The position numbers and the translations under genes are program-made. A DNA stretch of 64,000 nucleotides from Rhynchobatus australiae (lineage: Eukaryota): positions 18,580,956 to 18,644,955 of the forward strand of contig JAUZTB010000074.1 in assembly GCA_034780895.1 (NCBI GenBank), read 5' to 3'. The notes under the pieces were generated by a model that saw only the letters and a list, made by a program, of their open reading frames with translations, had not been told where the DNA came from and did not search any database. Positions 1 through 12,699 of this stretch are shown in pieces; position 1 is the stretch's first letter, and each line of letters opens with the position of its first letter.

Positions 1-94
1 GCTTATCATCTTGTACATCTCTATCAAGTCATCTCTCATCCTCCTTCTCTCCAAAGAGAAAAGCCCCAGCTCATTCAACCTATCCTCATAAGAC
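1..94 (-). mobile_element. CR1-clade LINE ORF2 C-terminal fragment (runs off the window edge)
   Basis: The reverse complement translates as SYEDRLNELGLFSLERRRMRDDLIEMYKMI, the typical CR1 ORF2 C-terminal motif. It is homologous to 34735-34835 of the + strand CR1 copy. Confidence 0.9.
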
Positions 95-107
95 AGCAAG
101 GTTTGCT

Positions 108-286
108 ATCATACGATAGCAAAGTTTAAGAGGCATTCAGACAGACTCATGATCAGGTTGGGAATGAAGTGATATAGATTAGGTGCAGGCAGATGCCTAG
201 TTTAAATTGGCTTCAAGGTCAACGCAGACACCATGGCCTGAAGAGCCTTTTCCTGTGCTGTAGTGTTCGATATTCTAAGCTCTATG
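108..286 (+). mobile_element. CR1 LINE 3' end and 3' UTR
   Basis: atacgatagcaaagtttaagaggcatt...ccatggcctgaagagccttttcctgtgctgtagtgttcgatattcta parallels the CR1 3' end at 35003-35157. Confidence 0.85.
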
Positions 287-299
287 TACTGACTAGCTT

Positions 300-566
300 T
301 CACCATCCTCACTCAACTGGCACCATCACTCATGTCATTCAATCTCTTCTGGTCTTCACCCTATCACAGCCCTTTTCTTCCCTCCACTCTCCCATCTTTC
401 TTTGGAACATCAAACTTGTTCAGCTTTCAACTGTGGTCAGTCTGATGAAAAGTCATCAGCCTGAAACATTCACTTTATTTCTCTCTCTGAAGATGCTGCC
501 AGACCTGAAGTGTGTTACCAGCATTTTTTGTTATTTCAGTTTTTCAGCATCTGCATTATTTTGCTC
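300..566 (+). mobile_element. Penelope-like element terminal-repeat fragment with degenerate hammerhead motif
   Basis: A pyrimidine-rich tract is followed by CTGATGA (442-448), GAAA (463-466), gatgctgccagacctg..ccagca and the tail ttcagcatctgca. The same module occurs at 25150-25256, 51245-51335 and 53161-53360. Confidence 0.7.
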
Positions 567-1194
567 TCAGAAGAGGATTATCCTCAGGTGCTGTTGTTTT
601 AAGAAACAACATATCATCTAGTAACCAGTTCAAATAGAACATTGGTGAGAGGAGTTCATCCATGTCATCCAACTAGCCAGAAATAGCCCAGCCTAAAAAT
701 TCAAATAGTATAGCATTGAAATTGATGTTGATGAGATTTTGAAGGATTGCAGTTATTAGGGGTTCCAAAGAATCAACAGATGACTTTATATTTTAAACAG
801 TGACACTGTAATCCAGCAATGAGGCTGAAGAATTAGGAGCCATTTAAACTGTTGAAATTGGGCAGAATAGACCAAAGGCAAATGTTAACTGACCAAAATA
901 GTATTGAATAGTACGTAGAAAATGAAGTTTACAGACCAAGTATTAGTTGCATTATGTGGTCATTCTCTTCAGGAATACTTCTGGTGACAGACTTGAGAGC
1001 AAGAGTACGTAAATCTAGAAGATGTCAAACCTCAACAATCTATTTTGTTAAGCCAATAACATTCCTCTGCACAACAAACTGCTGCTCCAAGTATGCTTGT
1101 GAATATTTCTGATGTTAATAGTTCATAGTTTACTCTCTTAATGCCAGAGCACACTAAGCACTCACAGAAGGTGATCTGGTGGGCTTCTCTGGCA

Positions 1195-1560
1195 TAGTAG
1201 AATCGGGGCAGAGGCATTAATTTTAATAGTGAAGCTTAGGATATTTTTTAAATTATAATTAAGGAATGCATATGGAAACCTGCATGAATCTGCATATTTT
1301 TAAAAAGGGGATTCAAACAATGAATATGAAGGCTATATCACAGACTGAGGAGCTATAGTTGAGGGAGAGGCTGGGTGGGAAATCATGGGTCTTTACCATT
1401 CAATTCTATTCCTTAACATGAATGGAAGAAAGTCAAGGTCTCTTTCACTACCCAGTGTCCACAAGGAGATTGGAACCGGAGTCTACCTTGGGATGAGTAT
1501 ACCTGGGTACTTGATGGTCAACATTGACATGGTGGGCTGACAGGCCTGTGCTCGAACACT
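1195..1560 (+). mobile_element. Old, decayed CR1 3' fragment(s)
   Basis: Ends in gacatggtgggctgacaggcctgtgct, resembling the CR1 3' UTR seen in other copies; the internal sequence is highly diverged. Confidence 0.4.
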
Positions 1561-1965
1561 TTATGACTATAACTTTATCATTATGATCAGCTGCCAATAC
1601 AAAGTGCTTGGAAGATGTAGAGAGCATTATGTGAATCACAGTGCATGGATGAAATGCAACCATAATGGTGAATAGCTGAATAGCTTCTGATAAACGTCGG
1701 GATAACATTGTTCCAGTCTCTGCTGTAAAGATTAAGAGTTAAAACCACATAAAGTATGAACAGGGCTCCCTACAGGATTCATTTTTTACCATAGTGGTGA
1801 ACAGCAGGGCCTGGTGAAGATGATGAGACCAGAACAACATGAGAAGTAGGAGCAGGAGTTGTCCTCTTGAGCTTGTTTCACTCTTCAGTATGGTTGATCC
1901 TGCCCCTCAGTGTGGATCAACCCACATCCCAGATCGAAGCAATCATATATGAAGTAGCATAATAG

Positions 1966-2095
1966 GGTCATAGAGTCATACAGCACAGAAACAGGCCCTT
2001 CTGCCTAACTGGTCCATGCTGATCAAGATTCAATCTGAGATAGTCCATTTGGCCCATATCCCTCCAAACCTTTCCTCTCCACGTACCTGTCTAAA
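1966..2095 (-). mobile_element. CR1 LINE 3' end
   Basis: gtcatagagtcatacagcacagaaacaggcccttc...gtccatgctga...tacctgtctaaat is the reverse complement of the CR1 tail at 35030-35157. Confidence 0.85.
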
Positions 2096-2137
2096 TTATA
2101 CTTACATTATAATTATAAACTATATTTAATTATATTT

Positions 2138-2580
2138 ACAGCATAGAAGCAGGACATTCAGCCCGACTAGTCTACACTACATTCCACACATGTCCTCACA
2201 ATATAACCATTTCATTCTATCAGCATATCTTTCTATTCAAATATTCTTCATAACAGTGTTACTCCTGAATTTCTTATTTAATTTATTGGTACTTATCTCA
2301 CATGTATGGCCTCTAATTTTGGATTCTACCACAAGTGAAAATATTCCTCTCTTACTATCCCATCGTTCCTTATCAATGTTCTAAAGAGTTCCATTGCGTC
2401 ACCTCACTTTCTCCAGAAAGGAGTCCCACCATGTAAGGTCCTTCCTGATTGTTGCCCCTTCTTAGTTTACCCTTGTGAATTTTATTTGCACTTTTCCAGT
2501 GCTTTTATATTCTAAATCCTATTCTTTTGTTTGTATGATGGAGATCAAAGTCATGAACAGTAAGTGTAATCTGACCAACA
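2138..2580 (-). mobile_element. Older CR1 3' fragment
   Basis: Tail acagcatagaagcaggacattcagccc followed by a decayed antisense CR1 ORF2 end (cttgtgaattt..tgcacttttccagtgc). Confidence 0.5.
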
Positions 2581-3073
2581 TGAAAAGTTGACTGCACAGC
2601 TGTTGTTCAGATCTGCATGGCAACTCCTGTTGCTTCTGCATTCGAATCCTTCTGGGCTCCAGCCATTGATGCAATGACAGCATATGCCACAAAGGATCGG
2701 CTTGTTGCTATAGAGATTTGGGGCTCACTTGGGTCACAATGATCTTATGGCCAGATTCAACATGCTGGGAGATGTTGAAGCAAACAAACAAAACAACTAT
2801 CTTGAGATTGGTACTCAAAGATCTCATAGCTTTACTCCAATATAAACTGCCAGAATGCCCCACAGCTTCAGCAAGCCCGGACATTTTTTGACTAAAGCCA
2901 TTGGCAGAGTCACTTGCCCCACATCTGGGCCAACATGCATCCATGAGCAAGTGATAGTAGAGGTGCTGGAAAGCAGGCAGGAAATATCCAACTATGGTTA
3001 CATTGCATATGGCTGATTCAGACACAGGGTTCTCACGTAAGAACTGGAGCCAACAGAATCCCAGCAGGATCTG

Positions 3074-3130
3074 CAGCCAGCAGCCAGCAGCCAGCAGCCA
3101 GCAGCCAGCAGCCAGCAGCCAGCAGCCAGC
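3074..3130. repeat. Heptamer microsatellite (CAGCCAG)x8
   Basis: Eight perfect CAGCCAG units at 3074-3129. Confidence 0.97.
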
Positions 3131-3699
3131 ACACATCCTCCATTCACAGGGGAAACACTTGGACAAAATAGCAGACGGGATATCACCTGCCATCAGCAAA
3201 GCACAAGTACAAAGGAGAAGGAAAGTGGTAACATTCACACATGGCATAATGAGTTTAATAACCACACTGCACTGATTATAACATTGTACTGGATATTTAG
3301 TTGTAATTGTTCAGAATAACAGTGGAGAAAAGGACAGGAATAAGTGGCCTTTCCGATTATAACTTTGCAGATCTAAATTGATACCTTAAAAAAATCAGTA
3401 ACTCTGGTGTACAGAGTTTTGAATCAGTACCTGATGTACAATCTTCCTGACTGGGCTGCTAACTAATTCCTCACTGGCATTTTCATCACCCTGCTTTAAC
3501 GTAGCTTTGGCAACCTCTTCTGTGACCTACTTAAGCTCCTTTATAGGCCAAAATTATGGAGCATGCAGCAGACAGAAGTTATTTGTGAAACTCTCGGAAG
3601 ATCTCTGTAATATCTTATACAATAATTTTAGTTGCTGCACTAATTTTGTTTTATCAGTGCTCATCTTCTGTCTGCCATTACTGAAATTGTCTCATGAGC

Positions 3700-4165
3700 C
3701 TTCACTGCAGATGGTAGTTTTGGTCTCCCAGAAACTACACTTCCACTCTTCCTTTTGCTTCAAATACATTTGACACAGATAATTGCCTTTAAATGAAGAT
3801 ATCATAGGAGTTTCCAAGGAACATGCATTATTCTGCACTGATAGTCGCATACCAATTAGATACTGAGAGAATAAATCTCTTTCAGTTCATGTAGAGGGAC
3901 CTGAATGGCAACATCAGTGAACTCAATGATCCCTGGCTTTACAAAGCTAGTAGACCTGTACAATTATGTTCTCCTATAACATTGCTGCTCTTGGTCAGTG
4001 ATGAAGTCAATGACCCTGTTGAATAATGCATCATTGACCTCCTTGATACCTCTGTGGACAGCAAACTAGCTGACACTGCAGATGTCCTCAGTACTAATGT
4101 GGAAGGATTCTGACACATAAGAATAGAGCAAGGTGACTTTGAGAGCACTGGCAGCACTACACAGA
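3700..4165 (-). pseudogene. PIF/Harbinger DDE transposase fossil (HARBI1-like)
   Basis: Minus-strand translation gives ALKVTLLYSYVSESFHISTEDICSVS*FAVHRGIKEVNDALFNRVIDFI, then PGIIEFTDVAIQVP, then MN*KRFILSI*LVCDYQCRIMHV. These are colinear with the Harbinger motifs (KVT.AL.F.A.GSFQ..GD..GISQ..V.R; G.IDCTHVAI..P; NRKGFHS.NVQ.VCD). Stops and frameshifts are present. Confidence 0.8.
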
Positions 4166-4434
4166 AGTTCAGTCTTGTCTGGAGATCTTTCTAAAAAAGA
4201 TGGCATATGTTTTCTGCAGCTGCCTTGCAAAAAGTTTTAGCCTAATTGGTAATGTTTCTTCAATTCCTAGGCAGTAAACATGATAACATGTTGTGCACCT
4301 AGGGAGAGGATCCGATGATAAACCATATTTATTGCATGACATTGCAAAAAAACCCTTTCCTGATGTTACTGATCAATTCCTGCTGGTGGTAGTGTTAGTA
4401 GATTACTGAATTCAACAGTCCTAGTAAAGGAATG

Positions 4435-4802
4435 ACTGGGATTTATATAATGCCTTTGAGAAACTTAGGACGTCCCAAAGCAAAAACGTGCAGTCACCAG
4501 CAGAAATATTATTGCCATTTTCCCCACAGCAAACTTCTGCCTCCAGCAACGTGATAATAGTCAGATCATCTGATTTTAGTGAGGTGAATTAAAAGATATC
4601 TTTTGGTAGGACACAGAGGAGAAATTTTCTCTTCTTTGAAGTGGTTGCATGGAGTCTGAGAAAGCAGTTCTCCTGATAGTCGGGTNNNNNNNNNNNNNNN
4701 NNNNNNNNNNNNNNNNNNNNNNNNNNNNNNNNNNNNNNNNNNNNNNNNNNNNNNNNNNGGCTCAGAAGCAAGAATGCTAAAACCTAAGCCACAGCTAACA
4801 CT
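4435..4802 (-). mobile_element. Deu-SINE (SacSINE1/AmnSINE1-related), gap inside
   Basis: Reverse complement matches the + copies at 45345-45620 and 46775-47165: tail atttatataatgcctttgagaaacttaggacgtcccaaagc and head ctcagaagcaagaatgcta..ctaagccacagc. Confidence 0.75.
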
Positions 4803-5583
4803 TCACAGTCAGTACTATATGCAAAATCTGAAGTTTAAACCAAAATAAATAGTAGATCATTTTGCAATAATTAAAACAGGTCATTGTAGTTCATACAGCA
4901 GGAATGGTTCTGTACAGTTACCAACTCTGCTTCTGGGAAAGTGGCAGCGCAAGCTAAACATTCATACAAAATTATAGATCAATAACATTCCACTGCAGCA
5001 GATGTTAAGCTGCCATCAACAACAAATTTAAAAACTCATATCAGTTAAGCTTCAATTTTTGATAGCATATACGACAAAAATGTTGCAAATTTTTAGATGA
5101 TAACTGATTGTGTTCCACGTATATTCAGGGATATGCATGTTAATAAATTAGCTATATTATAATCTGTAGCAAAACTAAAGCTGAAGATTGCTTCACATAT
5201 AAGATGTAGCTTAAATCACTCAGAGGCTGCATTACATAATGTAGCCTTTCATGGCCCCTTCATACCAGCCCCAGTGCTGCAACTTATTCACACGACAAAT
5301 AGGAAACTGTTTAACCCATTTCGCTTCTGCTCAAGAATGAAGGTCACTGCCAACTTTAATCATCGAGCTGCGGTGTGCTGCTGACACTTGCATATCTGCA
5401 CATTGGAGGCCAAGCTCTAAGTCCTTCATCAACTCGTTAAATGAAGGATATGAGAGAATAGGTCTCACACTTTACATACGCAAAGCAAAAGTTCTTACAA
5501 ACATGATCCACTGTACTATACTGCTCTCTGACAATAATGTTCCATGATGACACCCTGAAAAATGAGGACCCTTCCTATTGAGG

Positions 5584-6266
5584 GCAGACATAGATACTAA
5601 AATTCACCATTGCCATCTGTGTACCAGGCCAGCCATTTGAGGAAAGAGACTGTTCAAAGATCAAGACCTCAAACCCAGCACAAAGCTCATAGTCTACCAG
5701 GCAGCAGTGATTTCTGATCTCCTGTGTGCTCCTGAGGCTTGCACTGGAGAAATACAACCAACACTTGTCTCCACAGGATCTTCCAAATCCAGTGGTAGGA
5801 TAAGTGAACCAAAATCAGCATCCTCTCCTCAGCAGTGAGGCTCTAATCACACCCGGTCAGCTCTGATGGCCTTTCATGTGCCTGAAACAAGATTCCCAAA
5901 ACTGAAACATTTTGAGTTGTGTCACATCAAGCATTACAGACAGACAGAAAAAAAAATCAAGGATGTCCTCAGAACCTTGACAATATATACCTTCCCCATT
6001 GACTCATGAAAATCCCTAGGTTATGACTGCTCAGAGAGAAAAAGGAGAATTCGGGCTGGCACTGAGAACCTTGAGTCTATTCATCGGTAGCACACAGAAG
6101 CCCAGTGTAAATGGCAGGAGTATACTGGTTCCCAAATAACCCACTCACCTGCCTCATCAGCAGCTACTGCTCTACCTTTGGCAGAGTCTGCAGATTCCAT
6201 TTTGGCATCATGAGGATTCTCTGAACCTATAGACCAGGAAGTCATCCTTGATCTAGAGGAAATCCC
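5584..6266 (+). mobile_element. RTE-clade LINE 3' fragment
   Basis: Translates as ADIDTKIHHC... and RLFKDQDLKPSTKLIVYQAAVISDLLCAPEACT, the RTE ORF post-RT region. Its 3' end gaagtcatccttgatctagaggga is shared with 62920-62950. Confidence 0.85.
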
Positions 6267-6569
6267 TCAGAACACCAGGCAGACGTTTCTGAAGTGCAGG
6301 TACAGTGGTGACGCCTCATCCAATTTGCAATGACCATGATTGAAAGTAAAACAAGAACAGAAATTGCAAGAAATAACAAGCAGATGAGGAAGTAACAATG
6401 AAGAACAAAACAGGGCCAGCATTTCAGATTGATGAAATTTCATTAGACTGATGAATCTGGTCTTCACTGAGAGTGCAAAATGTCTGAAAGTGAATCCACA
6501 ACCTACTCAATGGCAAAAGAAATGCATCTGTGAATGAAGTGGTTTCCTGAATACTAATTGCACTTCAAC

Positions 6570-6835
6570 AAGACTCAACAAATAGCTATCAGATTACTGA
6601 CCAGGATAATATCTTCTGCCAATGTTGGCAATTGGATTAATTGGTCAAAGAGAACAAACCACTTTCTTCAGAAAATAGCACCAAGGGATCTTTTGCCTTT
6701 GATAACAGCTTCTCTGACAGTGCAGCTGTCCCTCAGTATTACACCAAAGTGTCAGCCTAGATTATGGTCTCAAGTCCACAGAGATCTCTCAGTCTCTTGA
6801 ATTTAAGCCATGGCAGTGAACCAAGGATGACACTG
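6570..6835 (-). mobile_element. Deu-SINE fragment
   Basis: ctctgacagtgcagctgtccctcagtattacaccaaagtgtcagcctagattatggtctcaagtc is the reverse complement of the Deu core (compare aggagtgctgcactgtcagag at 47000-47021). Confidence 0.75.
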
Positions 6836-6984
6836 AATTAAATGACTTGTCTTTGCANNNNNNNNNNCCTAGGTTTTGACATCTGAGTGTCAAAGCTTCT
6901 TTTCAAACTTGCAAAATGTGACTACACAAAACATTGGCAAAGAATTCTTTAAATGATACATTTTTGTGTACTTCTTTATGGATT

Positions 6985-7283
6985 TGCATGTCACTGCTCA
7001 TCTCCAAAAATTCTTATTACTTTGGATGTTGATTAAGAGTCAGTCACATAACTGTGTGCCTAGTGTCACATTTAGGTGAGGCTAGGTAACAATCCAGCAT
7101 TTTGTCCCCAAATTACATTAGTGAACNNNNNNNNNNNNNNNNNNNNNNNNNNNNNNNNNNNNNNNNNNNNNNNNNNNCTCACAGTTTGTCTCAGTTAACA
7201 ATATGTAAATTCTTCAGCCGCAGTGAGGTTATTTGAATTCATATCTCTCAAGTGCTAATTCAGTAACATAACCATTACAGTTC
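6985..7283 (-). mobile_element. tRNA-derived SINE (same family as 46075-46446), gap inside
   Basis: ttaagagtcagtcacat...gtcacatttagg...cattagtgaac and the head end cagtaacataaccattac match the reverse complement of the 46075-46446 element. Confidence 0.6.
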
Positions 7284-10200
7284 CAAATCATTTAGGTCTC
7301 TGTGTATACTTCTTTTGATTTTCCTGACCTTTTATTCTAGCAGCATCTCTCAGTGTGAAGAGCGACCATCCGTATGATCTACATGTTTCGTTATTGATGC
7401 ATCAGATCAGAGAATGAGTAACTGCAACAGTTTATTTAAAAAGAATGCTGCTAATTCCTGGGAGTGCCTGTATTCACTTTCTATTCTAATATCCTAATAC
7501 ACAAAGCATTTATATTCTCTGATTTCATTTCAGATAAACAAATCCTGAAATCATGAGTTGTCATTCCATATGAATAGAATCCACAAAACTGCCAATAATC
7601 TTAGTGCAATGTGATATACCCAGTGGCCAATAAAATTGAAAGTAGAAATTATACACTGTAAGGAAATTTAGTGGGGAAGCATGAAATATATTTAATGAAT
7701 GATTACCTTGAGTATAGATTATTGCAGTACCACACCTTGTTGAAGTTCAAATGGTGTTCATTAGCTGAGAGAACCTTCCTCCTTTGGCTCAAGACTCAAC
7801 CTCACCCCGAAGCATTTGAACCCATGAACACCTGCTTCAGCAATTGTTTGTGATAAAGCAATTAGGATCGTTCAGTTAGATACCAATACAATATTTGTTC
7901 TTAATTCACTGTTGCCTACTCTTTCTGAAACTGACTCCAAATAATTTGAAATATTTTGTATCCTACATTCAATAAATGAGTTGTCATTATATAATGCAGT
8001 CTATCAATTCTTGAAAATAATTCTTACTTTGATCATATTGGTTGTATTATTTGCTGAATGGCATACTTTTGACTATAATTAAAATATAACTATTTGAGTG
8101 GAATGATGTCCCTTTAATTTCCTCACCATTTTATAAATAAAGTACATATTATGCTATTCCTGGAGTTCACTTTGAATTTACTTGACCAAGCATCAGATTA
8201 AGTTAATTATGTCTGATGGCTTAATGGAATTAAACCATGATATCTTAAGAACAACTGTTTTATATTATTTTCTGGAAGTGACATTGCATCAAACTGCAAT
8301 AATAGCATATACAAGTAATGTAGCAGTGGCACCAATTAAATCGCAAGTGTAGTGTCCTATGACCTTATGTCAGAAATGTACATGTCAAATATGAAAGCAA
8401 CCTCTGACCTCTCAAAATGTAAAGGTCCACAAACCCCTCCAACATAAAGTGACACACTGGAAGAAAGTGAAAACTCCATGTACAATTTGTGTAAGTTTCA
8501 AACAAGATGTCATTCTTCAATCATCATTTAATTGGTTAAGATCCAATGATTTGTAATCCATATTGATAAATAAACCACAGTGATTTGATCCTATTTATTA
8601 TGGGATGCATAAAAACAGAGAGGTTGAACATATGCATGAAGGTATTACATTTGTGCGAATATATTTGTTTCATGAAGTATAGGAATTGCTATTATATTGT
8701 TGCCCAAGATTATACAAACAGTAATTTATTGAGTATTGTTTGTAGGTGGAAAGAATGTCAGATTTTTGGAATGCACTTTTCGATGAGTTCAAACACAGAT
8801 TTCCTTTTGTCTTTTTCTGCTGAATTAAACATACCTGCTTTAAGTAATATTATGAAATGATGCAGTATAGTGATGTTCTGCACACATAATAACTTCACAG
8901 ATTATAATAGGTATAATTATCATCATGAATGCTATAAAAATAAACAACACTTCACTGGGAACATTGCTTTAATAATGGTATCCCATCATTAAACTGAAAA
9001 TTGCTAACCTTGTCTTATCTCACAGCAGGGTATAGAAATACTGCTGCTGGATAATTGAAAAATTAGTTTCTTTCTGTGGATTGATAGTGTGTGGTTTACA
9101 CATCAGCTGTCTTCTTTCTACCATTTAGGAATGTTATAGAGTGTTAAAAAAGAAATACTTATTCAAAAAAAAAGTTTTTGATGCTTTGGAACTAAATTGA
9201 TAGGTGTCCTTTAAAAAACATATTTGTTTATCAGTTTAATTGAAAGTAAAAGGATTGACTGTACAGCACAATACCCAGCCACATTTAAATATTAACCTCA
9301 GACCCTCATCAGCAGCTCTTATCATATCTCTCTTGCACACGGACATAATGTGCTGTGAGTCATCGAGTCCTGGCATGAAGACAGTATTATATCTAAACTC
9401 AGCAAAGGCATGCATTCAGCAGTCAAGACAGGTAGTCTATGTCACAGGAGAAAACACTGACCCTGCCTGGATTTGCATGAGAGGTGCTAATTGAGAATAT
9501 GGTGTAATCTGTGCAGTTTTTTTTGTCCAGAAGCTGAGGTTGAAGTTTATTTCCACTTTTCCCTCATGGATAATCATGACCTTTGCATTTTCAGTATGTG
9601 GAGGTTTCTGATGCTGGCAGATTTTCTATTAAGCAGCAGGTCGAAATTTAACTTTGCCCTATATAAAGCAACGTTGGTTGTATAATCACAAAGTTGCGGA
9701 AATGATGTTCCCTTTCACAAAATCTTTCTCAAGGCTGCCAAAACTTCACACTGCACATATTTTGCTCATATGGTGCTAAATATTCTGCAATGCCAATCTC
9801 CTCCTCAGAAACACCAACCCTAATGGCTTCACCCTCTCTCATNNNNNNNNNNNNNNNNNNNNNNNNNNNNNNNNNNNNNNNNNNNNNNNNNNNNNNNNNN
9901 NNNNNNAATTAGCTTAATATTACAAAGAAGATCACCCTCAAAAGTTGGGTACAGGACAACCCGGAGTCCCTTTGTCAGCGCTTTAGGCAGATAAGTTTTT
10001 GTTGAGTGAAGGCCTTGTCATGCCTCCTGGTTAACTCACCACACACAAGGAGAGCAGATTGGAGTGTTGGCCTTTGTTGGAACCCAAACTGGACACAATA
10101 AGAGGAGCGAGGTAATGAACCTCCTTCAGACCCCCAGTGCTTCTCACAGTTTTCAGAGTCAACCCAGGCGAGAAAAACACCAGACAAAAGGACCAGACTA

Positions 10201-12699
10201 TTTTAGTACCTTATGTTCAATGTTTTAACAATATATATTAATAATTTTAGGACATATTCCCCCTGCCGCACCTCACTTCAAAGACATAAATAAACTGATG
10301 CTGGATAAGCATGATTCACACATTGCTTCTCCGCACATATTTGCTATTTTCAGCACCATTGCACCAAATTGGAAATAGCCGCAAGTAGGCAGCACATTAA
10401 TATTTAAATGAGGTGGTAATGATGGGGCCACCATTTGTGTCACTCCTACCAGCACCAGGGAAATTGGAATTACTGTGTGAGAGTCTGGGTCTGTAATTTG
10501 CCTTTAACAAATAAAAATAAATAAAATATATCTCCCCAGATGGCCACTTCACCATCAGGGGTTAACGCCCTGTGGTTTTCCTTTCCCGCATAATTCTCCA
10601 TCCCTGCATTGTAACAAAGTGGCACAGAGATGAAGGGTATTGGTCCACAAGCCTTTTGAATAGGTCCTAATTAGTTGCTTCTGCATTGTCACTCCTTCAG
10701 CTTCAAACCCATGGAGGCACACAACTCAAACAATTGATAACATGAGGCAAACATCATTTGGCCAAAAAAAAATAATGTGAAAAGCCTGGCATTAATAAAA
10801 AAAGAAACCTTTCATTTTCATTCAAAACTGAAGACTGCTAACATGGATTTGAACATTTCTTCCCTAAGGTGAGCAGCTTGTATAAATGCACTAAAAAAAA
10901 TTATGGAAGAGCAAGAGGCTGAAAATAATATTTGATGTATTTTCAAATGGCATTCATTGACAGGTATCAATGGCAGTGAGGAACTGTAATTTGAGATGAG
11001 TTTGTAGAATAACTCCGATTTAGAAAGATCTGATTCAATTAATGCAAACTCTGTGAAAGCAAAATAAACCAAATTACATAACTGCTTATGAAAATAGTTT
11101 ATCAGTCTGTTTTAAAAATAATACAATTTCCATTTTACTTTTGACCTTGGTGGGAACAACTATTTGCAAAGAAGGGCAGGGTAAAATGTGGTAGCTCATT
11201 TGTGGACCTTCGGTTTATGTACACAAGAGAGACTGATTTAAAAATATACATATGTCAAAAACAAACCAAAGCAGTGTACAGCAGTTTTTATTGTGATATG
11301 TGGATTTACACTTTTTGGTAACAGAGAAAGGGTCATTTTAGTTTTTTTAAGAGCTTTCATCGGGGTATAGAACACAGTGGAGGTTGGTGAAACCTTGGAA
11401 ATAGCAGTGGTGGTGAACAGGTGGATATGCATTAAAAAGAAACATGAGAGAACACTACTGATTCATAGGGGCTTTTGTGGGAAAAAATGCCAGTTATGCA
11501 CATGTTGATAGATAATATTAATTTCCACACTTGGTAAGGGACAAGTGTTCTAATTTAGTGAAAAAATTGTGCACAAGGTATTTCTTATGGAAACATTAGT
11601 GGGTATTTATATTGCCTGAATTGTGATTAAGATTCAAATAATGATCACAATGTTTACTTTTCGCTCTTTTTAAAGATTATATGTTATTAACATATTCACT
11701 TTGAAAGTATGAAATTCTAATATGTCAATGAACATAGTGAAGTAGGTGGACTGAGTAGCTAAATTAATAATTCTCAGGAAAACTGTGAGTTAAAGCCTTC
11801 CCAATTATTTTGAATATAATATTCCCACAACATTCACTTACTTTTCCTTTGTGCTCTGCAGATAAACTTATAACTCACAAAACTGAGCTGAAACACCCAG
11901 GAAATTTTAATGTGATAATTAGAGGTCAGAACAAACAGCAAAATAGCAGTCAATGCAATATATGGAATATTAAAAAATTCCCACAACCAGATCCGTCTAC
12001 ATTACGCTAATTATTGATAAAACAGCAACTGTAATTAAAAAGGCCATTGTATAATAACTTTTGGGAAATGGGTGAAATTGCATTCTGCGTTCTATTAGAG
12101 CTCAAGGTCTAATTATTTTCCTTGGCCTCAAACAAAATCAATAACATGGAAAGCAGTTTAATAAAGGCAGATATTCTCTTAAGGTAATTGTTTTTTTTCC
12201 TTTGCTTTTCATTTTGGCTTAATTTTTCAGAAGGTGAAAAGGGGGCAATGGAGATGCTTGATACAGCTCTTCCTGCTCTAGGGAGCCACTGGCAAGGGAC
12301 AAAATGAGGAGGTGACAGCAAAACTGGGGAAAGTTCAACAAAACGAAGACTGTGGATTAGTGGAGGCCTCCGCTGGTGGCTGTTACGATCTCACAGGTCA
12401 TTCCATTTCAATGCCATCTGGTGCTCTTCACAAATAGGAAATGGAATTCTCAAATGACATGAAAATACGGAATTATCTAACAAAGTATGCATGCATTATG
12501 CAAAACATTTGTCTCTGAAATATATTCAACCTACTTGGTATTCTCACCTTTAGGTACCACAGAGTTTTAGTTTGTGAGAGACCAGTTCTTTTCCTTACCC
12601 TTTGAGGACCAAGGTTTATTCCAACACTAAATGAAAGGTCCATTAAAGTGGTGAGTTTGGAGTCGATGTGGAAATAGTTTTAGTCTTCTTTCTTCCCAC

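Noticed and set aside
193-621. 142-aa + strand ORF
   Set aside because: It spans a CR1 3' UTR and a PLE terminal fragment; a chance open frame across two repeats.
2708-3275. 185-aa and 93-aa ORFs with WLLAAGC / SSQQPAA repeats
   Set aside because: The periodicity is the translation of the (CAGCCAG)x8 microsatellite; there are no domain or splice signals.
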